Source: Octopus sinensis
Lineage: Eukaryota
Assembly: GCF_006345805.1 (NCBI RefSeq)
Contig: NC_043003.1
Span: 20,336,001 to 20,400,000 of the forward strand
Direction: 5' to 3'
DNA: 64,000 bases
Positions within the stretch are counted from its first letter, which is position 1. The number at the start of each line of letters is the position of its first letter. The position numbers and the translations under genes were made by a program. The notes under the pieces are model-generated. The model saw only the letters and a list, made by a program, of their open reading frames with translations, was not told where the DNA came from and searched no databases. Of this stretch, positions 24,193 through 37,392 are shown one piece after another.

Positions 24193-24279
<87 letters not shown>

Positions 24280-24360
24280 ATATATATATATATATATATA
24301 TGTCAATATGTCATATGCATATATATATTGTGTAGGTATATAGGTAAATATATATATATA
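22430..24360. repeat. Microsatellite-rich block (TA, TACA, TG, ATCT, TTG/TTA)
   Basis: Directly visible. Confidence 0.9.
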
Positions 24361-24815
24361 TAGGTATAGAGCTATTTGTGTGAGTGCTGTTTGTGTGTTT
24401 GATCAACATGTTTATTTTTTTGTGTGTTTTTAATTTATGTGTCTGTCTTTTGTATTGCTCTCGCCATGTTAGAACAAGAAATATGGGTATGAAGAAAAGA
24501 AGAAGAAAACATATTTTGGCACTGTCTAAGACGATATATTAACATGTGTGCGTGCGTATGTGTGTATGTGTGTAAATCTATGTAAGCACATGCTTCACAT
24601 ACATAAATACACCCGTATACTTACACACATAAGCACTCACGGACACATATTATATACCCGAAGTTAAAACAAAAGTAAACTAAAGTGAAGCTTATTCGGG
24701 GTAGTTTATATTTATATATGGATTTATGGGTAGAGACATCTATATTTATGTGATAGACATATAAATCATATAAGTAGACCAAATACACACGCAGACACAC
24801 ATACACACACACATA

Positions 24816-25430
24816 CCAGGGTAAGTTATATTTACAATTGTTTCAATAATTTATTAAAACAAAAGCGGTGATAGCACATTTGCATGCTTTTTCGACACAA
24901 TTTCCTTCCTTTTCGATGTGATCCACAGGCTTGGTTATTCTATCGCAAAAGTTCTTCATGTGGTCGCGTAGCCATTTATGCACCACTTCCTGCGCTTCTT
25001 CCTCTAGCAAACCGGCGACCCCGTAAAGGAGTTGAAGGACGTGATAGTCGGAATGGCCGAGATCTGGACTATATCCAGTGTATTTAAGTAACTCGAAATT
25101 CAGTTTTTCTAGTCTCAACGTTGGTGATGGTGTAAGTGGGCTTACATTGTAGTGCAATAATAAAACTTGATTTGTCAAAAGAACTCCCCGTCGAGTGTAA
25201 ATATCTGGTTTCAGTTTGTTGGCCAGCATTTCCCCGTAGCCTATACTGGTGACTGTAGTCTAATTTTCCAGATAATGTTCCAGGATAGGCCCTTTTGGGT
25301 CACAAAAATCGATAAGTACCACTTTTTCAGCGGATTCCGGATGTTTCCACTCCATATCCTGCTCTTTGAATTCTAGCTTAAAGTGATAGACCTGGGTCTC
25401 ATCTCCTGTGACTATTATTTCCACTCGAGA
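24816..25430 (-). pseudogene. Decayed mariner-family transposase (catalytic domain) with probable terminal remnant
   Basis: IVTGDETQVYHF, LLHYNVSP (HDNARP-like), GYSPDLGHSDYHV (YSPDLAPSDY-like), IEKEGNCVEK; internal stop; TA-CCAGGG end at 24814-24821. Confidence 0.88.
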
Positions 25431-26584
25431 CCAACTCCTGGTTATCTATAGTACTTGAAGACCAAGACCCAAATTTAAATAAGTCCACTGGTGCGTTAGT
25501 ACTAGAACTGTAGGTTGCAACCACTGGCATAAATTCTACTTATGAATTTCGTAGAATAACATAGAAGCCAAGGAAGCCGAAAAACCAAAGCAGCCCAAAT
25601 TAATACTCAGTGCCAATTATTACAGTACCATTCTGTTTCGAAGCATCTTACATAAAAGTTATGCGTACTAAAACTTACAGTATAAATCTACAGATAAAAG
25701 GATATGCGATTCATTATACTACTTCAATCTACAATTGTTTCGTCGTAGTTTAAATAATCTTCCAACATTATGCAATAATTAATGCAACTATTGATTACTT
25801 TTCATATACTATTTCATAGCATATATTGCAAAAGCTTTTGGTATGAAGAATCCCGTACGAAATAATACGCTGACCGAACTCATAAAACATACCTATTCCA
25901 CACGAAAGCCGTTACATAACATAAACAGAAGAGTGATAAAAATTGAATTGAAGGGAATGTTATTTTGTTTAGACGGGATAATTGGCCGTTTGACCAGCTG
26001 GTTGTTAAGTCTTATACTGGCAAAGGAATTTTATAGCAGCTTGCCTCATTAAATAGATATTAAGATTTTATGACTTTATTAACGGATTTCCATTAAGACA
26101 GTTAAGTAGATTTAATGACTAGACATTAAGTCTTAGAATTTATCTGTTGAAAAGACGAAACAATTGTAACTTGCAGTAGTAAAAGCATTTGCTTACTCAC
26201 TTTTTTATATTATAACAAAATCTTTTGGATATTTGTGGATTTTCAGGTATTTGTTTTGTAGAACAAATTATCTCCAATTTATAATTTTGTCCGATAACCA
26301 ATATCCGTGGATGAACTTAATATGTTAAACACCAGGATTATATAGTCCAATGAACTTATATAGGTAGACACGAACACACACAGATGTATGCAGAGATATA
26401 CATGTGTATATAGGCATACTTAGACGTATAAATATATATGATTTGCTGGGACTAGCTAAAATGCTTAATGTGTTAAAGGCTTTTACGTTAAATCTCTCAA
26501 CATTTCGGCCGCATGTCTGTGATAACTTAGTACATTACAATCTTAAGCAGCACCTCTATGTGGATGCTTGTTCTGCTCATAATA

Positions 26585-27015
26585 ATAGTCTCAAATTTTG
26601 GCTCAAGGCCAGCAATTTCGGAGGGGTGGGTAAGTAGATTACGTCGACCCCAGTATTCAACTATTAGTTATTTTATCGACCCAGAAAAGAAGAAAGGTAA
26701 AGTTGACCTCAGCTGAATTTGAGCTCAGAACGTAAAGACGGACGAAATAGGCGTGCTAACAATTCTGCCAGGTCGCTGCCTTTGGTTTGCTAATAATAAT
26801 CCTTTCTACTAAGGGCACAAGGCCTGAAAATTTTGGGGAGGTGACTAGTCGATTATATCGACCCCAGTGTTTCATTGGTACTTAATTTATCGACCCCGAA
26901 AGAATAAAAAGCAAAGTCGACCTCGACAAAATTTGTACTCAGAACGTAAATACGGACAAAATGCTGCTAACCATTTTGCCAGGTGTGCTAACAATTCTGC
27001 GAGCTTACCGCCTTT
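26585..27015 (-). mobile_element. Two tandem SINE family A copies
   Basis: TTTATCGACCC..AAAG..AAAG.CAAAGTCGACCTC..GAATTTG..CTCAGAACGTAAA twice. Confidence 0.85.
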
Positions 27016-28117
27016 GTTTTGCCAATAATGATAACAAACATTTATGCCTCAATTTTGAACTGTATTGTCTTTAAAAACGAATACTTTAGATAATTTCATG
27101 TCAGATACATAAATCAATTCTCCTAAATATTGGTTGGTATTGGCAAGAAAACCTTTTACTATAAAACAAAGCCATCAAAGCTGAACCAGGACAACCGCAA
27201 CAATAGCAACAAGAAGCATATTATATTTGTTATGATATTCTTGGTCAACGTCAGCTAAGTATATCCACCCTCTGTGATAAATAACAAATGTCTCTATCGT
27301 AATGTTATATGTCATATAAATAATTATCCGTCATTAGCATATGTTTCCTTCGATTCTTTGTGGAACATTGAAAAGCAAGCAAAGTTTTGGTCGGGTCAGC
27401 GACTAACAAAACGTCTACTTTCTCTAATTATAGTTGCGCATTCTGGTCTTGAGCCAAGTGAATTTCAAGCAATTTTGCTTAATTTTCTTATCGAACAGTG
27501 AATGTAATCAAACCTTATGGTTACAAGATTGCTGCAATAACGATTTTTAACTTTGGCACAAGAACACAGATTTTTATGGCGGGGTGAATAGGGGCACTCT
27601 ATTTAATCAACCTCAGTATTTTGTCAGGTATTCATGCTCTCGGCCCAGGAGGAAAAAGGGTAAATTTACAAACTGAGAGTTATTTGAAAGCAAAGTATAT
27701 GCAGCAAAATATTTTGGCTAATATTCATCCGAATCTAAGATATTACTACTCTTAATAATTTAAAAATAGATTCTAATTTACGCAACAACCGAGAACACTT
27801 GGGAACGGACAAGTTATTGACTTGCCCGTTGTTTATACTTTATTGACTGACCTACGCACCATCAGAAAGAAAAGTAAATCTGGCTTCGACAGAATTTGAA
27901 TTAAGAACATAATGAGTCAGAACAAATACCTTACGAGATTTTGTCAACATTGCGAAGCCACAATAACTTATTACATTCTTACAGAAATGGATGATGGAGA
28001 AGTTGATGTAGCAGAGTTCATTTCAGAATATAAAGGCTAGTAACTTAATATCTCAAAATCTTTACTTCGCTACGTTAAAAGCTTGTCATCCATCTAGTAT
28101 GACCTTCATGATACTGT

Positions 28118-28325
28118 AAATCCTTTCTACTAGAAGCACAAGACCTGAAAGTTTGGAGGGGGAAGCTTGTCGATTACTTGATTCGTATTTTGCCTTATCA
28201 ACCCTGAAAGAATGAAAGGCAAAGTCGACCTCGACGAAATTTGAACCTAGAACGTAAATCTGGAAGAAATGCTGCTAAGAATTTTGTCCGATATGCTAAC
28301 GATTCTTCCAGCTCGCTACCTTAAA
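28118..28325 (-). mobile_element. SINE family A copy
   Basis: AATGAAAGGCAAAGTCGACCTCGACGAAATTTGAAC. Confidence 0.85.
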
Positions 28326-28415
28326 TATGGGTTTTTCCTAAAGTCATAATTTTAAGTGAAATTATAGTTTAATTAAACCATCCTCCACAGTCTTCATAGT
28401 ATTAATATACCGTGA

Positions 28416-28632
28416 AAGCGGCGAGCTGGCAGAAACGTTAGCACGCCGGGCGAAATGTCTAGCGGTATTTCGTCTGCCATTACATTCTGAGTTCAAATTC
28501 CACCGAGATCGACTTTGCCTTTCATCCTCTTGGAGTCGATTAAATAAGTACCACTAAACCACTGGGGTCGATACAATCTGTCCTTGATTGTCCCCTCTAT
28601 GTTTAGCCCCCTGTTGGCCAGAAAGAAATAAG
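28416..28632 (+). mobile_element. SINE family A copy
   Basis: GCGGCGAGCTGGCAGAAACGTTAGCACGCCGGGCGAAATG. Confidence 0.9.
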
Positions 28633-28644
28633 TATTGGTATACC

Positions 28645-28712
<68 letters not shown>

Positions 28713-30465
28713 GTGTAGTATGCGAGGAGTTTAATGTTAAAAAACTAATTTTAAAAATCAGTATCAAAATCACGAGATTACATTATATTCAGGTGAGAAT
28801 AAAAGAACAGTAATTAGCAACAAACCTGTGAAACTGAATATAGCGAAAGCCCTGAGACATCTAACGACTAGTGTATACATTTCATGACCTGGAGTTATGA
28901 AATATTGTACGTTTTGCGAACGCCTCAATTGGTATTGTGCGTATGTGTGTAGTTACACACTATATTGTTTAAAAGTGATTGTCTAATTTAAAAGCGATTG
29001 AAAAATCACAAAGACTAGTTTCAAACGTTTACATTTACATTATTGACGTATGCTAGTAGTGGAAAACAAAACAAAGTTCAGTGTCCTTATAATGAAAAAA
29101 TGTGTTTGTAAAAAGATATCTATTGCATTAAGTCAAAAATATATAAACTCAATTCATAGAATTAACCCAAAATTTAAACTTCATCACAAATATATGACAA
29201 TAAAATATATTAATTATTCTTTGCTATAAAAAGTGTGAGTCGTGTTATATGGAACTGTGCATTGTTCTCGAGTAAATACAGTAGACTTTTAGCATAAACA
29301 AACGGCTATGCATTTTGATGGGCTTGTAATTTCATTAAATCAATAGCTATTCTTACCTGTCTACATATTTTATAGATCACGAAAAGGTAGTAAGCAAAGT
29401 TAACTCTGATTTAAGGTGGTAAGCAAAGTTAACCTTGATTTGATTTATTTGTTGCTATCAAATAATACTTTGATGAAGTCTCATCAGAACTGAAACTCAT
29501 GACTGGTGAAGTGACCAAGTGATTTGAATACATGGAATCTTGAGACTGGTCAAGGTCATTATACATTGCAGGAAGACAATGGGTTAACAATACACCGACA
29601 GAATAAGTTCCAAGCTTTTAACAACTGAAGGCAATTCAGATGGCTCTTCGCTTCCCACTGACACCCAAATGTCTTTGACGATGATGATGATAACAATGAT
29701 GATGATGCTACTAATGATAATAAAAGGCAGCAATTTCGAGGAAGGATTTAAGTCGATTACGTCAACCCTAGTGTTCAACTGGTGCCTATTTTATCGACCC
29801 CGAAAGTATAAAAGGAAAAGTCGACCTCGGAATCGACTATCGCCTCCCCTAAAAGGACTAGTCTTGTGCCAAAATTAATAACAATAGTAGTTACATTTGC
29901 TAAAGTATAATGGTTAAGATATCTGATTATACTAATTGTATTAAATTTAATTAGACCCTTTATAAATACTAATCTAGTCTTTATAAAATGTCTTTTTATC
30001 GAAATTCTTTACCGTTTCCTTTATAATGTACTGAAGTGTTTGTTTGAAATGATACTTCAAGGTGTCAGGTTTAATCCATTTTTTTGGAAATACGAGCCGT
30101 TTTCTGTGGAACATAGTAAGATAAAGAACAGTCTTGTATTCGTTTGTATATTTGAGTGTGTAGGTGCATGTTTTGTTTTAGTTGTTGTAGCTTTTGATCC
30201 ATAATATTTTAGTAGCAAGGCAACTTACTGAATTGAGTAAACGTTCATAGAATTAATTAGCTTCTTACTAAATGCTGCATGAACACAACTAATGGTAATT
30301 AATTAACGAACATTATTCATCCTCTCAAGTACGAAATTGTTTTAAACTTCAATCCTTAATTTCGGAAACATACAGACTTAAATCATAAAATATATAATCC
30401 TCCAGTTCATAAAATGCCTGGACTTGAGCCAAACTTTGAAATCTTTATTATTACTATTACATATA

Positions 30466-31920
30466 AGGCGGCCAGCTGGCAGAATCGCTAGCACGCTGGA
30501 TAAAATACTTAGCCGCATTTCGCCCGTCGCCACGTTCTGAGTTCGATCTCCACTGAAGTCGACTTCACCTTTCAGCTTTTCGGAGTCGATAAAATGAGTA
30601 ACAGTTGCCCTTGTGGCAAAAATTTTAAATTATTATTACTGTTACATAAATACAATTTGTTGTGACATTATAAGACATTATATTGTGTAATTATAAGAGC
30701 ATATATTGTGACATTCTTATCACGTCTGTAAAGATGGAGAGCTGGCAGAATCGTTAACACGCCGGGCGAAATGCTTAGCGGAATTTCGTCTGCCGCTATG
30801 TTCTGAGTTCAAATTCCGCCGAGGTCGACTTTGCCTTTCAACCTTCCGGTATCGATTAAATAAGTACCAGTTACGCACTGGAGTCGATGTAATCGACTTA
30901 ATCCGTTTGTCTGTCCTTGTTTGTCCTCTTTGTGTTTAGTTCCTTGTTGGGTAGTAAAGTATTTCGTTTGTCTTTACGTTTTCATTTCGAATTCCACCGA
31001 GGTCGACTTTGCCTCACAGCTTTTTGGAGTCCATAAAATAAGTAACAGTTGAGTTTTAGCGTCGATGTAATCGACTTGCTCCTATCCCGAAATTGCTGTC
31101 CTTGTACCAAAATTTGTATAATGTCTTTAAGAATGGAGCAGATGGTAACATACTGAGAGGTTATTAATTTCATTGATTAATATCGAAGTTCAAATCCTGC
31201 CAGCCAGCCAGGCAGGCAGCCAGCTTCGACGTTGCATTATACCTCACCGTTAAGGCGGCGAGTTCAAATTCCACCGAGGTCGACTTTGCCTTTCATCCTT
31301 TCGGGGTGCATAAATTAAGTACCAGTTACGCACTGGGGTCGATGTAATCGACTTAATCCGTTTGTCTGTCCTCGTTTGTCCCCTCTGTGCTTAGCCCCTT
31401 GAGGGTAGGAAAGAAATAGGTGCTTCGTATGCCGCTACGTTCTGAGTTAAAATTCCGCCAAGGTCGACTTTGCCTTTCATCCTTTCGAGGTCGATAAATT
31501 AAGCACCAGTAAGGCACTGGGGTCGGTGTAATCGATTGTCCCATCCCCCAAATTTCAAGCCTTGTGCCTATAGCAGAAAGGATTATATCCCACCGTTGGT
31601 GAACAATAAATATTTACCACATCGACGTTGAATTATACCCCACCGTTATAGCAACAAGCTGGCAGCAATGTTAGCACGCCGGGCGAAATGCTTAGCGGTA
31701 TGTAACCAACTTCCCTCTCACCTTGTACGAAAAACGAGAAAGAATTACTTTTTTCATTGATATTAATAATTTTTCATACATCAAATTCCTCCGAGGTCGA
31801 CTTTCCCTTTCATTCTCTCGCGGTCGATAAAATAAATACTAGTTGAACACTGGAGTCGATGTAATCAAATTACACCGCTCACCCGAAATTACTGGCCTTG
31901 TGCTAAAAGTTGAAACCAGT
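30466..31920 (+). mobile_element. Cluster of SINE family A copies, including dimers at about 30730-31120 and 31252-31586
   Basis: About six repeats of the GAGGTCGACTTTGCCTTTCA core. Confidence 0.85.
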
Positions 31921-31933
31921 GTGGTAAGTAGCT

Positions 31934-32120
31934 AGGCGCAGGAGTGGCTGTGTGGTAAGTAGGTTGCTTACGAACCACATGGTTCCGGGTTCAGTCCCAC
32001 TGTATGGCACCTTGGGCATGTATCTTCTACTATAGCCTCGGGCCGACCGAAGCTTTGTGAGTGGATTTGGTAGACGAAAACTGAACGAAGCCCATCGTAT
32101 ATGTGTATATATATATATAC

Positions 32121-32178
<58 letters not shown>

Positions 32179-32652
32179 TATATATTTAATCCAAACATGA
32201 AAACACAAAGAGAAAACACAACGCGAGGACGTGGAACAAGTATGGTGTTATTGGACACTCAGGAAAGGAAAGAAAGAAGGAGGATTTAACGTTTCAAAGC
32301 GTCAGAAACATAGGAAAAGGAAATATCCAAGGAAGGAAAGACGGAGGGAAAAAAATCGCCAACGATACACACGCGGTCACATATTGAATGTATATATATG
32401 TATATATATATATGTATATAAGTATGTATGTGTGTTTGTATATGTTTGTGTGTCTGTGTTTGTCCCCCCCCCAACATTGCTTGACAGACGCTGGTGTGTT
32501 TACCTCGCCGTAACTTAGCGGTTCGGCAAAAGAGACCGATAGAATAAATACTAGGCTTACAAAGAATAAGTTCTGGGGTCGATTTGCTCGACTATAGGCA
32601 GTGCTCCAGCATGGTCGCAGTCAAATGACTGAAACAAGTAAAAGAGTAAAAG
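31934..32652 (+). mobile_element. SINE family B copy with a 200-bp insert (about 32188-32385) in its internal (TA)n
   Basis: Intact head and tail; foreign sequence AATCCAAACATGAAAACAC...CGGTCACAT between TA tracts. Confidence 0.9.
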
Positions 32653-32666
32653 CGTATTACATTATG

Positions 32667-33051
32667 AGTGGAGGCGCAATGGACCAGTGGTTAGGGAAGC
32701 GACTCGCGGTCATAGGATTGCGGTTTCGATTCCCAGACCGGGCGTTGTGAGTGCTTATTGAGCGAAAAACACCTAAAGCTCTACGAGGCTCCGGCAGGGG
32801 ATGGTGGTGATCCCTGCTGTACTCTTTCAACACAACTTTCTCTCACTCTTACTTCCTGTTTCTGTTGTACCTGTATTTCAAAGGGCCGGCCTTGTCACTC
32901 TCTGTGTCACGCTGAATATCCCCGAGAACTACATTAAGGGTACGCGTGTCTGTGGAGTGCTCAGCCACTTACACGTTAATTTCACGAGCAGGCTGTTCCG
33001 TTGATTCGGATCAACCGGAACCCTCGTCGTCGTAACCGACGGAGTGCTTCC
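32667..33051 (+). mobile_element. SINE family C, long-tail variant, TSD ATTACATTATG
   Basis: TSD at 32656-32666 and 33052-33062; tRNA-like head. Confidence 0.9.
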
Positions 33052-33964
33052 ATTACATTATGGAAATTCTGTCTTAATAGCTGGACCTCCTAGGTTGACA
33101 AAACTCTTCTGCTGGCGACAAAATGTCGCCTGAACTGACAGTGTGCTGCTGTTCAGATTCACTTACTAATCTATATTTTATCATTTTATTCTAAGCGGTT
33201 TGTTTGAATACGTTTTATTGTACATGGTTCATTTATATTTATAGCATTTCACGTTATTAGCAGAGATGTGATTGCTCGAATAAAGAACATTACAACGGAA
33301 GAAACGTTTGCTTAAAAGGATATTTTTTTTCGCTGTTTTTCTTTCTTTGATTTCTAAAGTAATTCTTAAAAGATAAACGCAATTATTTGCAGATATGCTG
33401 TGAACGAAAATGTAATTGAATATGGAAGTTGTTATGAGGGTACTTTACTGCTTGAAAGAAAGAAGTATTTCAAAGGTTTTTAATGTCTCTAAATATAAAT
33501 TTAAATAAGAATCACAGACATGGTTGTGTGGTTCAGACTCGCTTTTACAATTACGTGGTTTCAGATTCAATTTCCCGGCGTGACACATTGGGCAAGTGTT
33601 ATCAACTACCGCTTAGTGCCGACCAATGCCATGTGAGTGAATTTGATTGAAGGAAACTGTAAGGAAGCCTGTCGTATTTATATGTCGAACATATCGACAC
33701 TGGTGCTTATTTTCCATGTCTAGTACTTATTCCATCAAAACTTTTTACCGTACTGCTATGTTATGGAAGCGTAAACAAACCAATACCGGTTGTCAAGAGG
33801 TTGTGAGCTGAAAAACAATATCACAAAAACAAAAAAAAGACACACACACACACACATACTACGAACTTCCATTTAGTCTTCACCCACTCAACCCACCCGC
33901 AGCCCATCGGTTGACTCGGGGTCATAGTAGAAGACATATTCTGATTCAGGCATTACATATGAAT

Positions 33965-34178
33965 TCTTTTACTCTTTTACTTGTTTTAGTCATTAGACTA
34001 TGGCCATGCTGGAGCACCGCCTTTAGTCGAGCAAATCGACCCCCAGGACTTATTCATTGTAAGCCTAGTACTTATTCTATCGGTTTCTTTTGCTGAACCG
34101 CTAAGTTACGGGACATGAACACACCACCATCGGTGGTCAAGCGATGTTGGGGAGGGGGGAAAACACATACACACAAAC

Positions 34179-34229
<51 letters not shown>

Positions 34230-34378
34230 TACGACGGTCTTCTTTCAGTTTCTGTCTACCAAATCTACTCACAAGGCTTTAGTAGAAGACTCTTGCCCAA
34301 GGTGCCACACAGTGGGACTGAAGCCGGAACCATGTGGCTGGTAAGCAAGCTACTTAACACACAGCTACTCCTGCGCCT
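33965..34378 (-). mobile_element. SINE family B copy
   Basis: Reverse complement ending CAGCTACTCCTGCGCCT. Confidence 0.9.
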
Positions 34379-34572
34379 GTTAGTAGTTCGTTTTTGATAT
34401 TTTACGATATGTAATTCATAATTTCAAAGACCAATTGAATTACATTCAGAGAAGAAATCCTGTCTCTTATATAGAAGATATGAATGGGAACCTAACCTTC
34501 TCAGACCTAAGACCATGCGTCTAGTTTTGTCTTCCATCTGGGATCCTGAGCAAAAAAGTGATAATAGTAAAT

Positions 34573-34995
34573 AGGCACAGGAGTGGCTGTGAAGTAAGAA
34601 GTTTGCCGCCCAAACACATGGTTCCGAGTTCAGTCCCAATGCCTGGCACCTTGGGCAAATGTTTTCTACCATAGCGTCGGACCGACCAAAGCCTTGTGAG
34701 TGGATTTGGTAGACGGAAACTGGACATAGATGTGTGTGGGTGTGTGGGTGTGTGTATGTGTGCATGTATATATGCATTTGTATGTGTTTTTGAGGCTGTA
34801 TTTGTTCCTCACCTCCGCTTGACAACCGGTGGTGGTGTTTTTACATCCCCGTAACACAGCGGTTCGGAAAAGTGACCGATAGAATACGTACTGGGCTTTA
34901 AAAAAGTTCCAGGATCGATTTATTCGACTAAAACCCTTCAAAGCGGTGCCGCAGCATGGCCGCAGTCAAATGCCTGAAACAAGTAGAATATAATG
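34573..34995 (+). mobile_element. SINE family B copy
   Basis: AGGCACAGGAGTGGCTGTG...GCATGGCCGCAGTCAAATG. Confidence 0.9.
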
Positions 34996-36926
34996 GATAA
35001 ATAGTTGCATATACAACTCAAAAGTAACGCTTGCAGGCAAACTAATGAACAGAATCGGTTGCATCTTGTTTTTCTATGTCTGTTGTTTATTAGCGATTTA
35101 CCGAGAAAGCGGTAAAGATGGCGCTTAACCCATTCCCGCTATAGCTGGAGTCAGCGTGACAGAGTTTACATAGATTTCGGGAAGGGTTATTTTCAGTTAC
35201 TCGGTCAAAGGGAGTAGCTTTATAGTTTTGCAGTGTACCTGACTGAATATTTCATTGACAAGTGTATAGTTAACATTATTCGCTGACATATTCAGTGTGA
35301 CATTATATATGACAAAGGTGGTTCTTTAAGCTAGAAGAACAGTTCATTTTGAATAGCGTACGAACAGCGTACATATACATATTTGAATAGCGTATGCATA
35401 AACTAGAAGAATAGTTCATTTTGAGTAGTGTACGTATATGAGTGATTTCAGAATTGCCTTTATATTCGTGTAATCTTTTGGCAGAATCAGCGTGATAACG
35501 TGCGTGACTAGACTCGATATTCTTGTTCGAGGTACAGTCTATTTGATTGACTTCAACGCAGCTCTGGTCGAGCTAATTTCATTCATGGAAATGTGATTCG
35601 CTCGGCCCAAGAAAGCGCGCAATGGGAGTTGATTCGTAATCTGAATAAATAGCGGACATAACAACGTGGCTTTGCAACAATTAGACGCATGCACGAACAT
35701 ACGAACACACACATATGCATAAACATACGCACTCAAACACACACAAGCATACATGCACTCCGTCACACACGCATATTTGTGTAGAACGGTGTATTGAACA
35801 CGGCATAAAACCAATGTTTTGAACTCCATGTGTTCGATTATTTATCAGAAGGTTTATGTATGAATTGCAAATATCTTATTATTCCCGAATTCTTGCTATA
35901 ATTCAATGCGGATATTTTGAAAGCAAAGTAAAAAAATCTTTTAAAGAACCCAATATAAAAATATTATTTTTCCGTGAACAACTTTGCAGGTGACAAATAC
36001 TGAAATATAAACACATAAAGGCATGCAAATCATCGAATCGTACTTACAAAGAGAAGATAAATCTCTAAGCTTATGTTATGCATTTTATACCCGACGAATA
36101 TATCGTTTTGAACTCATTATAATCCAAACTTTTATATGTCTAAAATACGGTTTTGTCAGAATGTGTTGATCTCAGTCTAGATTAAGCAGAATAGTTCCAT
36201 AAACATTACTTTTGTTTATAAAGCAATTTGCAATAATATTTAAACTTAATTAAATTTACCATTTCAAGCAAACAGAGCCATTGTAAAATATTTCATGGAA
36301 AATTCGTTCGTGAAATTAGTTTTCTTTGATGAAAAATTTCAGTCGTTATAATCGAGTACCGTACACAAATGATCTTGCGAAACAGATATCTAAAATCCTA
36401 AATCATTTCAACACGTTTCTGATAAGCAGAAAATCATCCAGACAAAATAATGTTAGTCTTGAGAACAAAGGAGAAATATTTTATATTAAACGCACAACGT
36501 AGACATAGATTATATAACAGCTCCTTACACATACTAATCAAACCATAACGAAAGCCATCAATATACTTACATATATGGTTGTATGACTTGCGCATACACT
36601 GAAGAGATACACAGACTAAAGGATGCTACATATACAGATACACACACATCTATAACATCACTGTAGACATATTCATCAACACACGCACACACATACACAC
36701 CACACATATTTACAGCACCACATAGAAAACCACGGGTACGCATGCATGTGCACATATAATGCATGAGTGCATCCAATAGACACATACACGTGCAATCATG
36801 CTTACTAGGCTTATATAACGCACGCATTCACAAAACAATAACCGCTAGTATACACACATACATCAAAGTAATGCATACAAATACTCAATATTTACATACG
36901 GACACGTGCACACGCAGAGGTATAAA

Positions 36927-36965
<39 letters not shown>

Positions 36966-37106
36966 TAGTTTCCTTCCTTATCACCCTTGCAAGAATGAAA
37001 TCTTTATCCTTTCGAACGTTCGACTATTTCGTCCATTACTTAATGTAGATAATACAGAGTTGTTTATCTTACTCCCAGTTATACTTTTTATTCTGTCACT
37101 TTCTTC

Positions 37107-37141
<35 letters not shown>

Positions 37142-37359
37142 TCATTCTTTCATTCTTTCTTTCTTTCATTCTTTCTTTCTGAAAGAGAACTAAAATCCCG
37201 AAGCGTCATATACATTTGTATTTTTCGTTCGTCTGCACCGAAACAGAAGAAAAACCTATATTAATAAAAGAAAGGAAAAAGAAATTATAAATAATCATAC
37301 AAATGGAAGAAAATAGCCGAATGAGAAAATAAAGCACAAAATCACATAAATATGCATAT

Positions 37360-37392
<33 letters not shown>

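Noticed and set aside
25725-25775. GAAA-palindrome-TH fragments at about 25730(-), 38340(+) and 59745(-) as hammerheads
   Set aside because: No recognisable CUGANGA box or helix II; could be chance matches.
3875-34941. Recurrent ORF peptides such as RLPNPLTRLWSARGYSRRHLPKV and SVFVYQIHSQG
   Set aside because: Antisense translations of SINE family B, not a protein family.
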